From contig CAWCNY010000003.1 of the NCBI GenBank assembly GCA_963797095.1, positions 288,001 through 352,000 of the forward strand: a stretch of 64,000 nt of DNA. Reading direction: 5' to 3'. How positions within the stretch are numbered: position 1 is the stretch's first letter; every line of letters begins with the position of its first letter. The notes beneath the pieces were generated by a model, which worked only from the letters and a program-made list of their open reading frames with translations, did not search any database and was not told the DNA's origin. Position numbers and translations under genes: made by a program. This document shows, one piece after another, positions 17,363 to 27,770 of the stretch. The DNA comes from an uncultured Chloroflexia bacterium (GTDB lineage: Bacteria > Chloroflexota > Chloroflexia > QHBQ01 > JADMIH01).

Positions 17363-18380
17363 TACGTCAGTCGGCATCGTTGCCGCAGGCGCATACATAC
17401 CCAAAAATCGCATCACCGCCGCAGAGATAGCCGAACGCACGGGCATCCCTGAAGGGATCATCGTGACCAAGTTCGGCCTGAACGGCAAGCCCCTTCCCGG
17501 CCCCGACGACCACCCGAACGCTATGGCCGTGTGGGCAGCCCAGGATGCCCTCTCTCAGTCCGGCATAAACCCCCAGGATATAGACGTGGTGCTCTGCACC
17601 ACCGAGGAGTACAAAGAGTACCCTCTCTGGACCGCCGGCATCAAACTCGCCTACGACATCGGCGCGCACCGTGCCTGGGCCGTTGACGTGCAGATGCGCT
17701 GCGGCACCACAGTGGCCGCCCTGCGCATGGCTAAAGCCCTCATGATAGCCGAACCGAACGTGCGCACCGTCCTGATCGCAGGCGGCTATCGCAACGGCGA
17801 CCTCGTCGACTACTCCAACCCGCGCTCCCGCTTCCTGATCAACCTGAGCGCGGGCGCGGGAGCCCTCCTCCTCCAGCGCGATTACCCTCGCAATCATCTC
17901 CTCGGCAGCGCGGTAATAGTAGATGGCTCATTCTCCCTCGACGTAATAGTGCCCGCCGGGGGCACTGTCGAGCCGCTAACGCCGGAGGGGATAGCCTCAC
18001 ATCGCAACCTGCTGGAGGTGCCCGATCCTGAGGGCATGAAAGAGCGCCTGGACAAGCCCTCTATGGAGAACTTCCTGCGCGTGATAGATATGGCCCTGGC
18101 CGAGAGCGGCTACACCCGCAAAGACGTAGGCTACCTCAACATCCTTCACATGAAACGGTCGGCACACGACTTCGTGCTCAACGAGCTTGGCCTGCGCCAG
18201 GACCGGACCTACTACTTATCCGATTTCGGACATATAGGCCAGCAGGATGCGATGGTCTCGATCAAGAGGGGTCTGGAGTCCGGCAGGCTCAAAGATGGCG
18301 ACATTATGGTAATAGTGGCAGCCGGTATCGGCTATGCCTGGGGAGCGAGCGTGATCAAATGGGGACCAGATTCTCACTAG
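17355..18380 (+). CDS. 3-oxoacyl synthase III (FabH/KAS III-like condensing enzyme)
   Basis: GAYIP, catalytic Cys in QMRCGT, LHMKRS, FGHIGQQD, AGIGYAWGA. Confidence 0.85.
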   Translation: MNDTSVGIVAAGAYIPKNRITAAEIAERTGIPEGIIVTKFGLNGKPLPGPDDHPNAMAVWAAQDALSQSGINPQDIDVVLCTTEEYKEYPLWTAGIKLAYDIGAHRAWAVDVQMRCGTTVAALRMAKALMIAEPNVRTVLIAGGYRNGDLVDYSNPRSRFLINLSAGAGALLLQRDYPRNHLLGSAVIVDGSFSLDVIVPAGGTVEPLTPEGIASHRNLLEVPDPEGMKERLDKPSMENFLRVIDMALAESGYTRKDVGYLNILHMKRSAHDFVLNELGLRQDRTYYLSDFGHIGQQDAMVSIKRGLESGRLKDGDIMVIVAAGIGYAWGASVIKWGPDSH

Positions 18381-19144
18381 AAGATAGGGTGGCTATCATA
18401 ACAGGCGGAGCAAACGGCATCGGTCGCCAGACCGCCCTCCTTTTTGCCGAGGTGGGCGCTGCCGTGGTCGTCTGGGATATGGCAGAAGAAGCAGGCGAGG
18501 CACTGGTACAAGAAATAGGCGGTAGAGAGGGCAAAGCAGCCTTCTTCCGCACAAACGTCACCTCGCAAGAGGATGTAGAGAAGTCAGTGCAGGCCACCCT
18601 CGAACGCTTCGGCAAGATCGACATCCTGATCAACAACGCCGGCATCACCCGCGATGCCCAGCTACTGCGAGTGAAGGACGGTCAAATAGCGGGCAAGATG
18701 AGCGAAGCCGAATTCGATGCCGTAATAGCGGTCAACCTCAAGGGTGTCTTCAACTGCACGCAAGCGGTTGTGCCCCACATGATCGAGAAGGGCTATGGCC
18801 GCATCGTAAGCGCCTCGTCCGTAGTCGGCATCTACGGCAACTTCGGCCAGACCAACTACGTGGCAAGCAAAGCAGGCGTGATCGGCATGACCAGGGTGTG
18901 GGCCAGGGAGCTAGGCAAGCGCGGCATCACCGCCAACGCCGTGGCCCCCGGCTTCATCGGCACCGATATGGTGCAGGCCATGCCTGAGCAGGTGCTAGAG
19001 GGCATGGTCCAGCACACCCCCGTAGGCAGGCTCGGTATTCCCGAAGACGTTGCATACGCATACCTCTTCCTCTCCTCCACAGAGGCAGGCTTCATAAACG
19101 GAGCAGTAATAAGCGTGGATGGCGGCCTGGTAGTCGGCACATGA
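18359..19144 (+). CDS. fabG: 3-oxoacyl reductase (FabG/PhaB-like SDR)
   Basis: TGGANGIG, NNAGITRD, GNFGQTNYVASKAG, NAVAPGFI. Confidence 0.88.
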   Translation: MGTRFSLEDRVAIITGGANGIGRQTALLFAEVGAAVVVWDMAEEAGEALVQEIGGREGKAAFFRTNVTSQEDVEKSVQATLERFGKIDILINNAGITRDAQLLRVKDGQIAGKMSEAEFDAVIAVNLKGVFNCTQAVVPHMIEKGYGRIVSASSVVGIYGNFGQTNYVASKAGVIGMTRVWARELGKRGITANAVAPGFIGTDMVQAMPEQVLEGMVQHTPVGRLGIPEDVAYAYLFLSSTEAGFINGAVISVDGGLVVGT

Positions 19145-19186
19145 TCTCAACTCCTTGAGATAGGAAGCAACCAGAGAAGAAACCAG

Positions 19187-20722
19187 ATGTACATCGGAGA
19201 TTGGCTAGCACGGCGAGAGATGCTTTCGCCCAATAAGGTAGCTCTGCTGGACGCCCAGCACGACTACAAGCCCATTACCTTCCGCGAGTGGAACCGGTCG
19301 GCCAACCGCACCGCCAACTGGCTCGCCGCCCTCGGCGTCAAGCAGGGCGACCTCGTCGCCGTCCTCTCCATGAACTGCGTCGAATACCTCGATATCTGGT
19401 TCGCGTGCGGCAAGCTTGGCGCGATCATGCAAACCCTCAACTGGCGTCTGTCGGTAAGGGAGTTAGCGGCTCTGCTGAATGACGTTACCCCCAAATTGCT
19501 CCTCTACGGCCCCGATTTTGCCGCAACCATCGAAACCGTCCGCGCCGAGGTACCTGGCATAGCTACCTATGCCGCCATTGACAACGATACCCTGGCCTCT
19601 GATCGTGATTACAGTCTGGCAGAGCGTGAGAGTTGCCCTGACAACGCTCCACCCCCCGTTGAGCTAACCTGGGACTCGCCGTGGGCTTTGTGCTACACAG
19701 GAGGCACCACCGGCCTGCCCAAAGGCGCTATCCTCACGCACGGCAATATCGCCTGGAACTCCATTAACACCATCGTTAGCTGGGGCGTCTTCCCGACAGA
19801 TCGCACCATCCTCAACGCTCCCCTCTTCCACACCGGCGGCCTCAACGTGCTCACCGCGCCCCTGGTACACGTAGGCGGTACATCTATCGTCTGCCGCGAG
19901 GTCGACATCGAGCAGATGTTCAACCTGATCGAGCAGATGGACGTCACTATCTATTTCGGCGTCCCCACCATGTTCATCGCCCAGCAGGCCCACCCCAGGT
20001 GGGCCAACGCCGACTTCTCCCGATTGAGATGGGTTATCAGCGGTGGCGCGCCCTGCCCGCCCCCCATCTTCGAGAGGTGGTGGGAGCGAGGCGTCGATTT
20101 CAAGATGGGCTACGGCCTCACCGAATCGGGCCCCAACACCTTCTGGATGAGCGCAGAGAACGCCCGCCGCAAACCCGGCTCGGTGGGCATACCGATGTTC
20201 TACTCAGACGTGAAAGTGGTGCGCACCAGCGGCGAGACCTGTGACCCCGACGAGTTAGGCGAGCTACTGATCCGCGGTCCCCATGTAGTCCCCGGCTACT
20301 GGAACCACCCTGAGGAGACCGCCAAAGCCTTCGAGGGAGGCTGGCTGCACACGGGCGACCTCGCCCGCTACGACTCAGAGGGCTTCTACTACATAGTAGG
20401 CCGCTCCAAAGAGATGATCATATCCGGCGGCGAGAACATCTACCCTGCCGAGGTAGAGGCGGTGCTATCGGGCCATCCCGACGTAGAATCTGTCGCCGTA
20501 ATAGGCGTGCCCGACGCCCACTGGGGCGAGGTAGGCCGCGCAATCGTGGTGCTGAAACCGGGCACCGAACAAGCCGGTGGCCCCCTGCTGGACTACTGCC
20601 GCCAGCGCCTCGCCCGCTACAAAGTGCCCAAGAGCATCATCTACGCGGACGCCCTACCCACCACAGGAGCGGGCAAAGTAGACAAACTACTCTTACAGGA
20701 GCGGTACGGAGGAGAAACGTGA
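19187..20722 (+). CDS. Acyl-CoA synthetase (AMP-forming)
   Basis: YTGGTTGLPKG, GYGLTE, HTGD, ISGGENIYP, GKVDK. Confidence 0.92.
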   Translation: MYIGDWLARREMLSPNKVALLDAQHDYKPITFREWNRSANRTANWLAALGVKQGDLVAVLSMNCVEYLDIWFACGKLGAIMQTLNWRLSVRELAALLNDVTPKLLLYGPDFAATIETVRAEVPGIATYAAIDNDTLASDRDYSLAERESCPDNAPPPVELTWDSPWALCYTGGTTGLPKGAILTHGNIAWNSINTIVSWGVFPTDRTILNAPLFHTGGLNVLTAPLVHVGGTSIVCREVDIEQMFNLIEQMDVTIYFGVPTMFIAQQAHPRWANADFSRLRWVISGGAPCPPPIFERWWERGVDFKMGYGLTESGPNTFWMSAENARRKPGSVGIPMFYSDVKVVRTSGETCDPDELGELLIRGPHVVPGYWNHPEETAKAFEGGWLHTGDLARYDSEGFYYIVGRSKEMIISGGENIYPAEVEAVLSGHPDVESVAVIGVPDAHWGEVGRAIVVLKPGTEQAGGPLLDYCRQRLARYKVPKSIIYADALPTTGAGKVDKLLLQERYGGET

Positions 20723-20763
20723 AATGCCATATCCTGCATACTAGGTACTTCGTACAACATATT

Positions 20764-20859
20764 CACTAATCACTAACCCACCAACTACCAACTACCAACT
20801 ACCAGCAACTTGGAGCTTGGAGCTTGGAGCTTGGAGCTTGGAGCTTGGAACTATCGTCC
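20764..20859. repeat. Heptamer arrays (ACTAACC/ACCAACT, then GCTTGGA)
   Basis: Read directly; ends in TTGGAACTATCGTCC, similar to 56890-56907. Confidence 0.88.
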
Positions 20860-20884
20860 ACCCACCTTCGTCCGCACAAAAACC

Positions 20885-21688
20885 ATGCCAAAGATAACAG
20901 TCAACAACATAGAAATCTACTACGAGTTCAAGGGCAACCCTGACGGGCCCACCATTGTCTTCGTCAACGGCCTGCTCACCGATACCGCCAGTTGGAACGG
21001 GCATCTCCCCTTCTTCGAGGCGAAATATCGCTGCCTCGTCTATGACTGCCGGGGCCAGGGCCAATCGAGCAAGCCCGACCACATCTACGAAACCTCAATG
21101 CACGCCTCCGACCTCGCCTCCCTCGTAGACGCATTAGGGATCAACAAAGCGCACTTAATCGGCCTCTCCAACGGTGGGGCGGCTGTCCTCGACTACGCTT
21201 CCACCCACCCCGAACAGGTTACCGCCACAGTAGTATCGGGCGCATACCCATACGTTGACACGATCCTCAAGGTCAAGCTCACCTCATGGGTCAAAGCCAT
21301 GGAGTACGGCGGCAGCCCCCTCCGCTTCGACGTTGCCACTCCCTGGGTGTGGGGCGGTCGCTTCCTCGAAGAGAACTACGAAGGCCTCCTCCCCTACAGG
21401 GAAAAAGGCGCGAACATGCCCATCGAGTGGGCTATGAACCTGGTCAAAGGCGCGATGGTACACGACATCCGCGACAAACTGGCACAGGTATCAGCCCCAA
21501 CCCTGGTAATCGTCGGCGAGGAAGACGTGCTGACACCACCAGCTCTGGCGCGGTACATTACAGAACGCGTCCCCAACAGCGAGCTTTACATCCACCAGGG
21601 CCGTGGACACGCCTCCGCCCTCGAAGACCCCACCGGTTGGAGCGCCAAAGCACTCGAGTTCTTCACTCGTATAGAAGAGGCAGGCTAA
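20885..21688 (+). CDS. Alpha/beta hydrolase 1
   Basis: GLSNGG nucleophile elbow, GEED acid, GH base; the upstream ORF extension is only repeat sequence. Confidence 0.87.
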   Translation: MPKITVNNIEIYYEFKGNPDGPTIVFVNGLLTDTASWNGHLPFFEAKYRCLVYDCRGQGQSSKPDHIYETSMHASDLASLVDALGINKAHLIGLSNGGAAVLDYASTHPEQVTATVVSGAYPYVDTILKVKLTSWVKAMEYGGSPLRFDVATPWVWGGRFLEENYEGLLPYREKGANMPIEWAMNLVKGAMVHDIRDKLAQVSAPTLVIVGEEDVLTPPALARYITERVPNSELYIHQGRGHASALEDPTGWSAKALEFFTRIEEAG

Positions 21689-21690
21689 AG

Positions 21691-22485
21691 ATGCCATTCA
21701 TAAACGCAAACGACCTGAAAGTCTACTACACCGAGCGCGGGCAGGGCGAGCCTATCCTGTTCGTGCACGGCAACTGGAGCACCGCCCTATCCTGGCAGCG
21801 GGTGCTCGACCTGTTGCCGGACGGCTACCGAGGTATCGCCTACGACGTGCGCGGGCGCGGAGCCACCGGTGGCCCCGACAACGGCTACACTATGGCTGAG
21901 TTGGCGGCAGACCTCCTCGCCTTCGCCAACGCGCTAAACCTGCATAAATTCCACCTCGTCGGCCACTCGCTCGGCAGCGCCATTGCCATCCAATTCGCCC
22001 TCGAACACCCTGAGCGGCTCAACTCCCTGGTAATAGTTGCCCCAGCCTGGGTAGACGGCATGCCCGACGCCTACAATGTGCCCTCCGCCCAGCAGATGCT
22101 GAAGGACAACAAAACCTTCTTCGCCCAGGCATACAAGGCCATGATGCCCACCCTGGACGACGATGAATATTTCGAGCAGCTAGCCGATGAAGGGCACCGC
22201 CAGCGCATCGAAGCTACCATGCGCAACCTCCCCGCCCTCCTCGACTGGCGGCCTGGCGACAACCTGAAGGCAATTGGCGTCCCCTCAATCGTCATCAGTG
22301 GAGCGCTCGATGCCATGACAGGCGGGGCAAACGCCGAGCGCGCCGCCGAAGCCCTCGGCACCATTTCGGTAGTCATACCCAACGTTGGACACTCACCCAA
22401 CATAGAAGCGCCGCGAGACTTCGTGGCCCTCATGATCGATTTCATCTCCCAACTATCACCGGCATCCGGCGCGGCTTCCGGGTAA
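21691..22485 (+). CDS. Alpha/beta hydrolase 2
   Basis: HGN, GHSLG, GALD, GHSP; ATG 21691 lies just after the upstream stop. Confidence 0.87.
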   Translation: MPFINANDLKVYYTERGQGEPILFVHGNWSTALSWQRVLDLLPDGYRGIAYDVRGRGATGGPDNGYTMAELAADLLAFANALNLHKFHLVGHSLGSAIAIQFALEHPERLNSLVIVAPAWVDGMPDAYNVPSAQQMLKDNKTFFAQAYKAMMPTLDDDEYFEQLADEGHRQRIEATMRNLPALLDWRPGDNLKAIGVPSIVISGALDAMTGGANAERAAEALGTISVVIPNVGHSPNIEAPRDFVALMIDFISQLSPASGAASG

Positions 22486-22510
22486 GCATAACCAAGGAGG
22501 TAACGAACAT

Positions 22511-23581
22511 ATGAACACCCAGACTGAGCTTGCAGGAATAGCATCCTCAACCGCCGATACTGAACGTCTCAAGGTCCACTACTTCTCTGCCGGGCCTGAA
22601 AACGGAACGCCCGTCGTCCTGCTCCACGGCAACGTGTCGTCCGCCCTCTTCTGGGACGAAACGATCCCCGCCTTAGCAGGACAATACCGCGTTATAGCAC
22701 CCGACCTGCGCGGCTACGGCGATACCGAGGCCCTCCCCATAGACGCCACTCGCGGCCTGCGCGACTGGTCCGACGATCTGAAGGCCTTTGCAAACGCCCT
22801 GAACCTCGGGCGCTTCCACATAGTCGGCTGGTCAATGGGCGCGGGCGTCGCCATGCAATACGCCATGGATCACCCCGGCGATGTGCTCTCCCTAACCCTG
22901 ATAAGCCCCCTCGCACCCTACGGCTTCGGCGGCACCAAAGACATCCAGGGTACGCCCACATACCCCGATTTCGCGGGCTCCGGCGGCGGTACCGCCAACC
23001 CCGACTTCGTCAGGCTCCTCTCCGAAGGCGACCGCAGCGACAGCAGCCCCGTCACACCTCTCAACACCATGAACGCCTTCTACTTCAAGCCTCCTTTCCG
23101 CGTCCCCTCCGAGCGAGAGCAGCTATATATCACCTCGATGCTAAGCACCAAAATCGGAGATGGCTTCTATCCTGGCGATATGACCCCATCAGCCAACTGG
23201 CCCGCAGTAGCCCCGGGCACCAGGGGCATCAATAACTCCATGGCCCCCAACCACTGCAACCTCAGCGCCTTCTCAGGTATAGATCCCAGGCCCCCGGCGC
23301 TGTGGGTGCGCGGGGCCGAAGACCAGATCGTATCCGACACTTCATTCTTCGACTTCGGCTTCCTTGGTCAAATAGGCGCTGTGCCCGGCTGGCCCGGCGC
23401 GGAAGAGTACCCGCCACAGCCGATGGTGAGCCAGATGCGCGACGTAATGGACACTTACAAGAACGCGGGCGGCGAATACACCGAAGTGGTCGTTGCCGAC
23501 TGCGGCCACTCCCCGCACATCGAAAAACCGCAAGAGTTTCAGGCTGCTCTACTCAAGCACTTACAAGCGGCAGCTAAATAG
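22511..23581 (+). CDS. Alpha/beta hydrolase 3 (esterase/intracellular PHB-depolymerase-like)
   Basis: HGNVSS, DLRGYG, GWSMG, GAEDQIV, CGHSP; AAGGAGG RBS. Confidence 0.85.
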   Translation: MNTQTELAGIASSTADTERLKVHYFSAGPENGTPVVLLHGNVSSALFWDETIPALAGQYRVIAPDLRGYGDTEALPIDATRGLRDWSDDLKAFANALNLGRFHIVGWSMGAGVAMQYAMDHPGDVLSLTLISPLAPYGFGGTKDIQGTPTYPDFAGSGGGTANPDFVRLLSEGDRSDSSPVTPLNTMNAFYFKPPFRVPSEREQLYITSMLSTKIGDGFYPGDMTPSANWPAVAPGTRGINNSMAPNHCNLSAFSGIDPRPPALWVRGAEDQIVSDTSFFDFGFLGQIGAVPGWPGAEEYPPQPMVSQMRDVMDTYKNAGGEYTEVVVADCGHSPHIEKPQEFQAALLKHLQAAAK

Positions 23582-23759
23582 TATTGCACGGTGGCATGCG
23601 GCAACTCAACCAATGCCCATGCCTGAATAAGAGGAGGAAAGCCTATCGCAAGAGCATAAAAAGGCGAGCAAAGACTGTAGGTCTGATCCGGCGAGCGGTG
23701 AGGGAAACGCCGTATCCGACTCGCAACAAACAATCACTTCCACAAGGAGGAGAAAGCTA

Positions 23760-25568
23760 ATGTTCAAGAACAGAAAACGGGACTTCTCGATCGTGGCTAC
23801 GCTGATGCTCATGCTCAGCATCTTGCCCACAGCGGGAGCAACCTTCGCGCAGGGCGACTCTCGCACATTCCCTGAAACCGGGCATACCGTATCGGGGAAG
23901 TTCCTCGATTATTGGACCAACCACGGCGGTCTGGCCCAGCAGGGCTACCCCATCACCGATGAATTGCAGGATGTTTCGCCCACCGACGGCAAAACATACA
24001 CCATGCAATACTTCGAGCGCGCAGTGTTCGAGTTGCACCCTGAAAACTCCGCTCCCAACGATGTGCTCCTTTCGCTCCTGGGCGTCTTCCAATACAAGGC
24101 GAAATATGGCGTAGAAGGCGTCTTGAACCAGACAGCAAGCACAGAGGCAGGCGCACAGAAGTTCTCGGAAACGGGGCACACAGTGGGTGGCGCGTTCCTC
24201 GACTACTGGAACAAGAACGGTGGATTGGCCCAGCAGGGCTACCCCATCACCGACGAGTTCCAGGAGAAATCGGACCTCGACGGCAAGACCTATACGGTCC
24301 AGTACTTCGAGCGCGCAGTGTTCGAGTCGCACCCTGAGAACCAGGCTCCCTACAACGTGCTCCTGTCTCAGCTTGGCACCTTCTCCTGGAAGGAGAAGCA
24401 GGCAGCCGCCGATGGGCCTATCACCGTCGGCCTGTTGACCGACGACTCTGGCGCGCTCGCTATCTATGGCCCCATGCTTGAGCGTGGCTTCGCGCTTGGT
24501 CTGCAATACGCGACCAACGGCACCAACATGGTGGCGGGCCGCGAGATCAATGTAGTAACCAAAGACACCGCCAGCAACGTCGATACAGCTACCAACCTGG
24601 CTCGCGAGGCAATCGAGAAGGACGGAGCCGATATTCTTGTCGGTGTCCCAAGCTCCGCTGCGGCGCTCGCCGTGTCGAGCGTGGCCGCACAGAACAAGGT
24701 CGTCTACCTGGCCGGGCCTGCTGCCTCCCCCGACCTGACCGGCAAGAGCTTCAACGAATACACCTTCCGCGCAGGCCGCAGCAGCATACACGATGCGCTG
24801 ACGATGGGCTCGGCTCTCCTGGGCCTCGGCAAGACCTTTGTGCAGATCGCGCCCGACTACGCCTTTGGCCGTGGCTCGGCCCAGGCGTTCTACAACGTGA
24901 TCAAGTCCAAGGGCGGCACCTTCCCGGTGAGCGATAACGACACCGACTTCGGCACCATCTTCGCTCCCCAGGATACCACCAACTTCGGCCCCTACCTGAA
25001 CAAGGTGCTCGACTCCGGGGCTGATGTCCTGATCGTAACGTGGGCAGGCACAGGCTTCGTGCCTCTCTTCCAGCAAATGCAGCAGCTTGGCGTGTTCGAC
25101 AGCATGACTGTAGCCACCGGCATGGGCGACAACCAGACTATGGCGAAGGGCTACGCCGACGCTATCGGTTCGGTGGGCGTCAGCGTCTACCACTACACCC
25201 TCTACGACAACCCCATCAACAACTGGCTGGTCGAGCAGCACAAAGCCAAGTATAATACGCCTCCCGACCTCTTTACCGAGGGCGGCTTCGATGCAGCCAT
25301 TATGATGGTGCGGTCGATATACGCTAACTTCGGTAGCACCGACTCGGCAGGTCTGATAAAATCGTTGGAGGGCATGCAGTTCGACGGGCCGAAGGGCAGC
25401 TATACTGTGCGCGCTTCGGACCACGACCTGCTACAGCCAATGTCGCTGGTGAAGTTGGTCAACACCACCGACCCCGACTACAAGTTCTTCCAGCTAGTGA
25501 AGACGTTCGCTCCTGAAGAGACAGCGCCTCCCTGCTCTGTCCCCGCCGAGTTGAACAGATGTAAATAA
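23760..25568 (+). CDS. HAAT/branched-chain-type ABC substrate-binding protein with two N-terminal Chloroflexota cell-surface repeats
   Basis: Sec-type signal without lipobox; two F.ETGHTV.G.FLDYW...GGLAQQGYPITDE...QYFERAVFE.HPEN units; then a type-I SBP domain (ITVGLL..SG, DYAFG). Confidence 0.88.
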   Translation: MFKNRKRDFSIVATLMLMLSILPTAGATFAQGDSRTFPETGHTVSGKFLDYWTNHGGLAQQGYPITDELQDVSPTDGKTYTMQYFERAVFELHPENSAPNDVLLSLLGVFQYKAKYGVEGVLNQTASTEAGAQKFSETGHTVGGAFLDYWNKNGGLAQQGYPITDEFQEKSDLDGKTYTVQYFERAVFESHPENQAPYNVLLSQLGTFSWKEKQAAADGPITVGLLTDDSGALAIYGPMLERGFALGLQYATNGTNMVAGREINVVTKDTASNVDTATNLAREAIEKDGADILVGVPSSAAALAVSSVAAQNKVVYLAGPAASPDLTGKSFNEYTFRAGRSSIHDALTMGSALLGLGKTFVQIAPDYAFGRGSAQAFYNVIKSKGGTFPVSDNDTDFGTIFAPQDTTNFGPYLNKVLDSGADVLIVTWAGTGFVPLFQQMQQLGVFDSMTVATGMGDNQTMAKGYADAIGSVGVSVYHYTLYDNPINNWLVEQHKAKYNTPPDLFTEGGFDAAIMMVRSIYANFGSTDSAGLIKSLEGMQFDGPKGSYTVRASDHDLLQPMSLVKLVNTTDPDYKFFQLVKTFAPEETAPPCSVPAELNRCK

Positions 25569-25788
25569 ACTACACGTTTTACGGGGGCGGGTCTCCGTGC
25601 CCGCCCCAGGGTCACAAGGGCTACCCGTGTGGCAATGCAACCCACAAAGGTGGCCCAGGTACGAGCGATGGCATACAGGCCCTGCTAGCCCGCGCCCTAC
25701 CCATATGCCACTGCCCGCACGCCACTCATATGTACCGAAGGAGGTCGAACACGGCCCAGAGCGCAGCCCCTATAGATGGCCTACCGAC

Positions 25789-25884
25789 CAAGCCAAGTCC
25801 CGAAGGGACGCAAGAGAGTAGCCCTGCGGTAAGCCCTGCGGTAAGCCCAAAATGATGCCATGGCCCCGTAGGGGCGTAAGAACA
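25789..25884. repeat. CCCGWAGGG-type REP-like element, homologous to 7182-7281
   Basis: AGTCCCGAAGGGAC..AGAGAGTAGCCC..GGTAAGCCCTG..CCCCGTAGGGGCGTAAGAACAT. Confidence 0.7.
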
Positions 25885-26012
25885 TTCACTCCAGCCATGT
25901 ATGATCCAACCCTCTACCATCCCGACGGGACCATAGTAGAACCAAAGCAAGGAGTGAATGCTAAACAACATACAACCCAAACGCTATCTAGCCCCACCAC
26001 CAACCCACACGC

Positions 26013-26047
26013 CAAACTTCAAACTTCAAACCTCGAACTTCAACCTA
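26013..26047. repeat. Short heptamer array (CAAACTT, five degenerate units)
   Basis: Read directly. Confidence 0.75.
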
Positions 26048-26063
26048 TAATGACCACCCGAAA

Positions 26064-26110
26064 GTACACCCCAAAACCTGTCCAGTTTTCCCCCACCATT
26101 GCCATTAAGT
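26064..26110 (+). promoter_or_regulatory. Conserved promoter-like motif, copy 2 (upstream of the ABC ATPase)
   Basis: GTACAC-N8-CTGTCC-N17-GCCATTAAGT. Confidence 0.7.
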
Positions 26111-26242
26111 TAACGGAGGGCAGATCTAACAACCTTTCCATCAAACAACCAGTTTCCGGATCATCGACCATACCAAAGTACGCATCCATGCCCGATCTCA
26201 CAGGCCCCTGAGAATAAAGAAATAAACCACAGCACAAATCCT

Positions 26243-27073
26243 ATGACCAACCCACCCATAATCGAGACAAGCGAACTTTCCAGGCACTTCGGCGGCTTGC
26301 GCGCCGTAGACCGCGTGAGCCTGCGCGTGCAGGAAGGCACACTCCACTCGATCATAGGGCCAAACGGAGCGGGAAAGACCACCCTCTTCAACCTGATCAG
26401 CGGCACGCTCAAGCCAACCGGTGGTCGCGTCTTCCTGAGAGGGCACGACATAACGGGCACCTCCTTGCACCGCATGGCGCATCTCGGCATCGGGCGCTCG
26501 TTCCAGATCACCAACGTCTTCCCCAGCCTGACCGTATTGGAAAACGCAAGGCTGGCTGCCCAGGCCCTTGGGCACGACAATCTCAACGTATGGTCGCGAG
26601 CCGTCCGCTTCCGGCGCTACGAAGACAAGGCTATAGAGGCCCTGCAAACCGTAGGCCTTGTAGACAAAGCATTTCAGCCTTCTTCCGTCTTGCCCCACGG
26701 CGACAAACGCAAGCTGGAGCTTGCCATTCTCCTGGCTGCCGAACCTAAAGTGCTCCTCCTTGACGAGCCGACCGCCGGCATGGCCTCAGAGCAAGTGCCG
26801 GTGCTACTGGAGATAATACGAGGTATCATGCAGGGCGGCGACAGGACGATCCTGCTGGTCGAGCACAACATGGACATCGTAATGAACGTATCGGACCGCA
26901 TTACCGTCATGCACCAGGGCAGCGTGCTTGCCGAAGGCACGCCCGACGAGATACGCAACAGCCCCGCCGTGCAGCACGCCTATCTGGGCGAGAGCCTGAA
27001 CGAGCCGAGCACCAAGGTCGCGGGGGCAGTCACGCAGCCGGCGAAAGTGGAAGGTGACAAAAATGGCCGGTAG
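26243..27073 (+). CDS. HAAT-type ABC ATP-binding protein (LivG-like)
   Basis: GPNGAGKTT, RSFQ, LLLDEP, VEH. Confidence 0.93.
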   Translation: MTNPPIIETSELSRHFGGLRAVDRVSLRVQEGTLHSIIGPNGAGKTTLFNLISGTLKPTGGRVFLRGHDITGTSLHRMAHLGIGRSFQITNVFPSLTVLENARLAAQALGHDNLNVWSRAVRFRRYEDKAIEALQTVGLVDKAFQPSSVLPHGDKRKLELAILLAAEPKVLLLDEPTAGMASEQVPVLLEIIRGIMQGGDRTILLVEHNMDIVMNVSDRITVMHQGSVLAEGTPDEIRNSPAVQHAYLGESLNEPSTKVAGAVTQPAKVEGDKNGR

Positions 27074-27770
27074 CCTGCTCACCGTCGAGAATATCGACAC
27101 CTTCATCGGCCAGTACCACATCCTCGAAGGCGTATCCCTTGAGGTGCCCCAGGGAAGCATCACCGCTTTGCTGGGGCGTAATGGCGCTGGCAAAACCACC
27201 ACCCTCAAATCGATCATGGGCCTCCTGTCTCCCCGCACCGGCAAGATAGTGTTCGGCGGCGAGGAGATACAGGGCTGGCCCCCCTACACCGTGGCCGCGC
27301 GCGGGGTTGGATATGTGCCTGAGCACCGGGCCGTCTTCCGCGACCTGACCGTGGAGCAGAACCTCAAAATAGCCGAGCGACGCAAAGGCGACCTCGCCAA
27401 GCGCACCGATCTCATCTTCGACCTCTTCCCCGACCTGAAGCGGTTCTATAAACTGTCGGGCGGGCAGCTATCGGGCGGGCAACAGCAGATGCTGTCTATA
27501 GCCCGCGCGCTGGTAGCCGACAACCGCCTGCTGCTGATTGACGAGCCGAGTGAGGGCCTCGCGCCCATCATCATCGAGCACATAGTAGAGGCCCTGCGCC
27601 GCCTGTCCGAGCATATAACCGTGATGCTCGTCGAGCAGAACTTCCGCATGGCCTCGCAACTGGCCGACCGCTATTATATCCTGGACGACGGCCACACCGT
27701 CAGCGAAGGCCAAATGTCCGACCTTGTTAGCAACCAGCCTCTGATTACTCGCTACCTGGGAGCAGCATGA
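27063..27770 (+). CDS. HAAT-type ABC ATP-binding protein (LivF-like)
   Basis: GRNGAGKTT, LSGGQQQML, LIDEPSEGLAP, VEQN. Confidence 0.93.
   Translation: MAGSLLTVENIDTFIGQYHILEGVSLEVPQGSITALLGRNGAGKTTTLKSIMGLLSPRTGKIVFGGEEIQGWPPYTVAARGVGYVPEHRAVFRDLTVEQNLKIAERRKGDLAKRTDLIFDLFPDLKRFYKLSGGQLSGGQQQMLSIARALVADNRLLLIDEPSEGLAPIIIEHIVEALRRLSEHITVMLVEQNFRMASQLADRYYILDDGHTVSEGQMSDLVSNQPLITRYLGAA

Noticed and set aside
19187-20722. menE / menaquinone biosynthesis
   Set aside because: No other men genes in the unit; the motifs support only a generic acyl-CoA ligase
21286-21690. N-terminal extension of hydrolase 2
   Set aside because: Out-of-frame overlap with hydrolase 1; ATG 21691 fits the family N-terminus
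23757-25424. 555-aa antisense ORF (similar cases at 34206, 38095, 46754 and 56815)
   Set aside because: Mirror frames of well-supported genes with strong third-position GC bias
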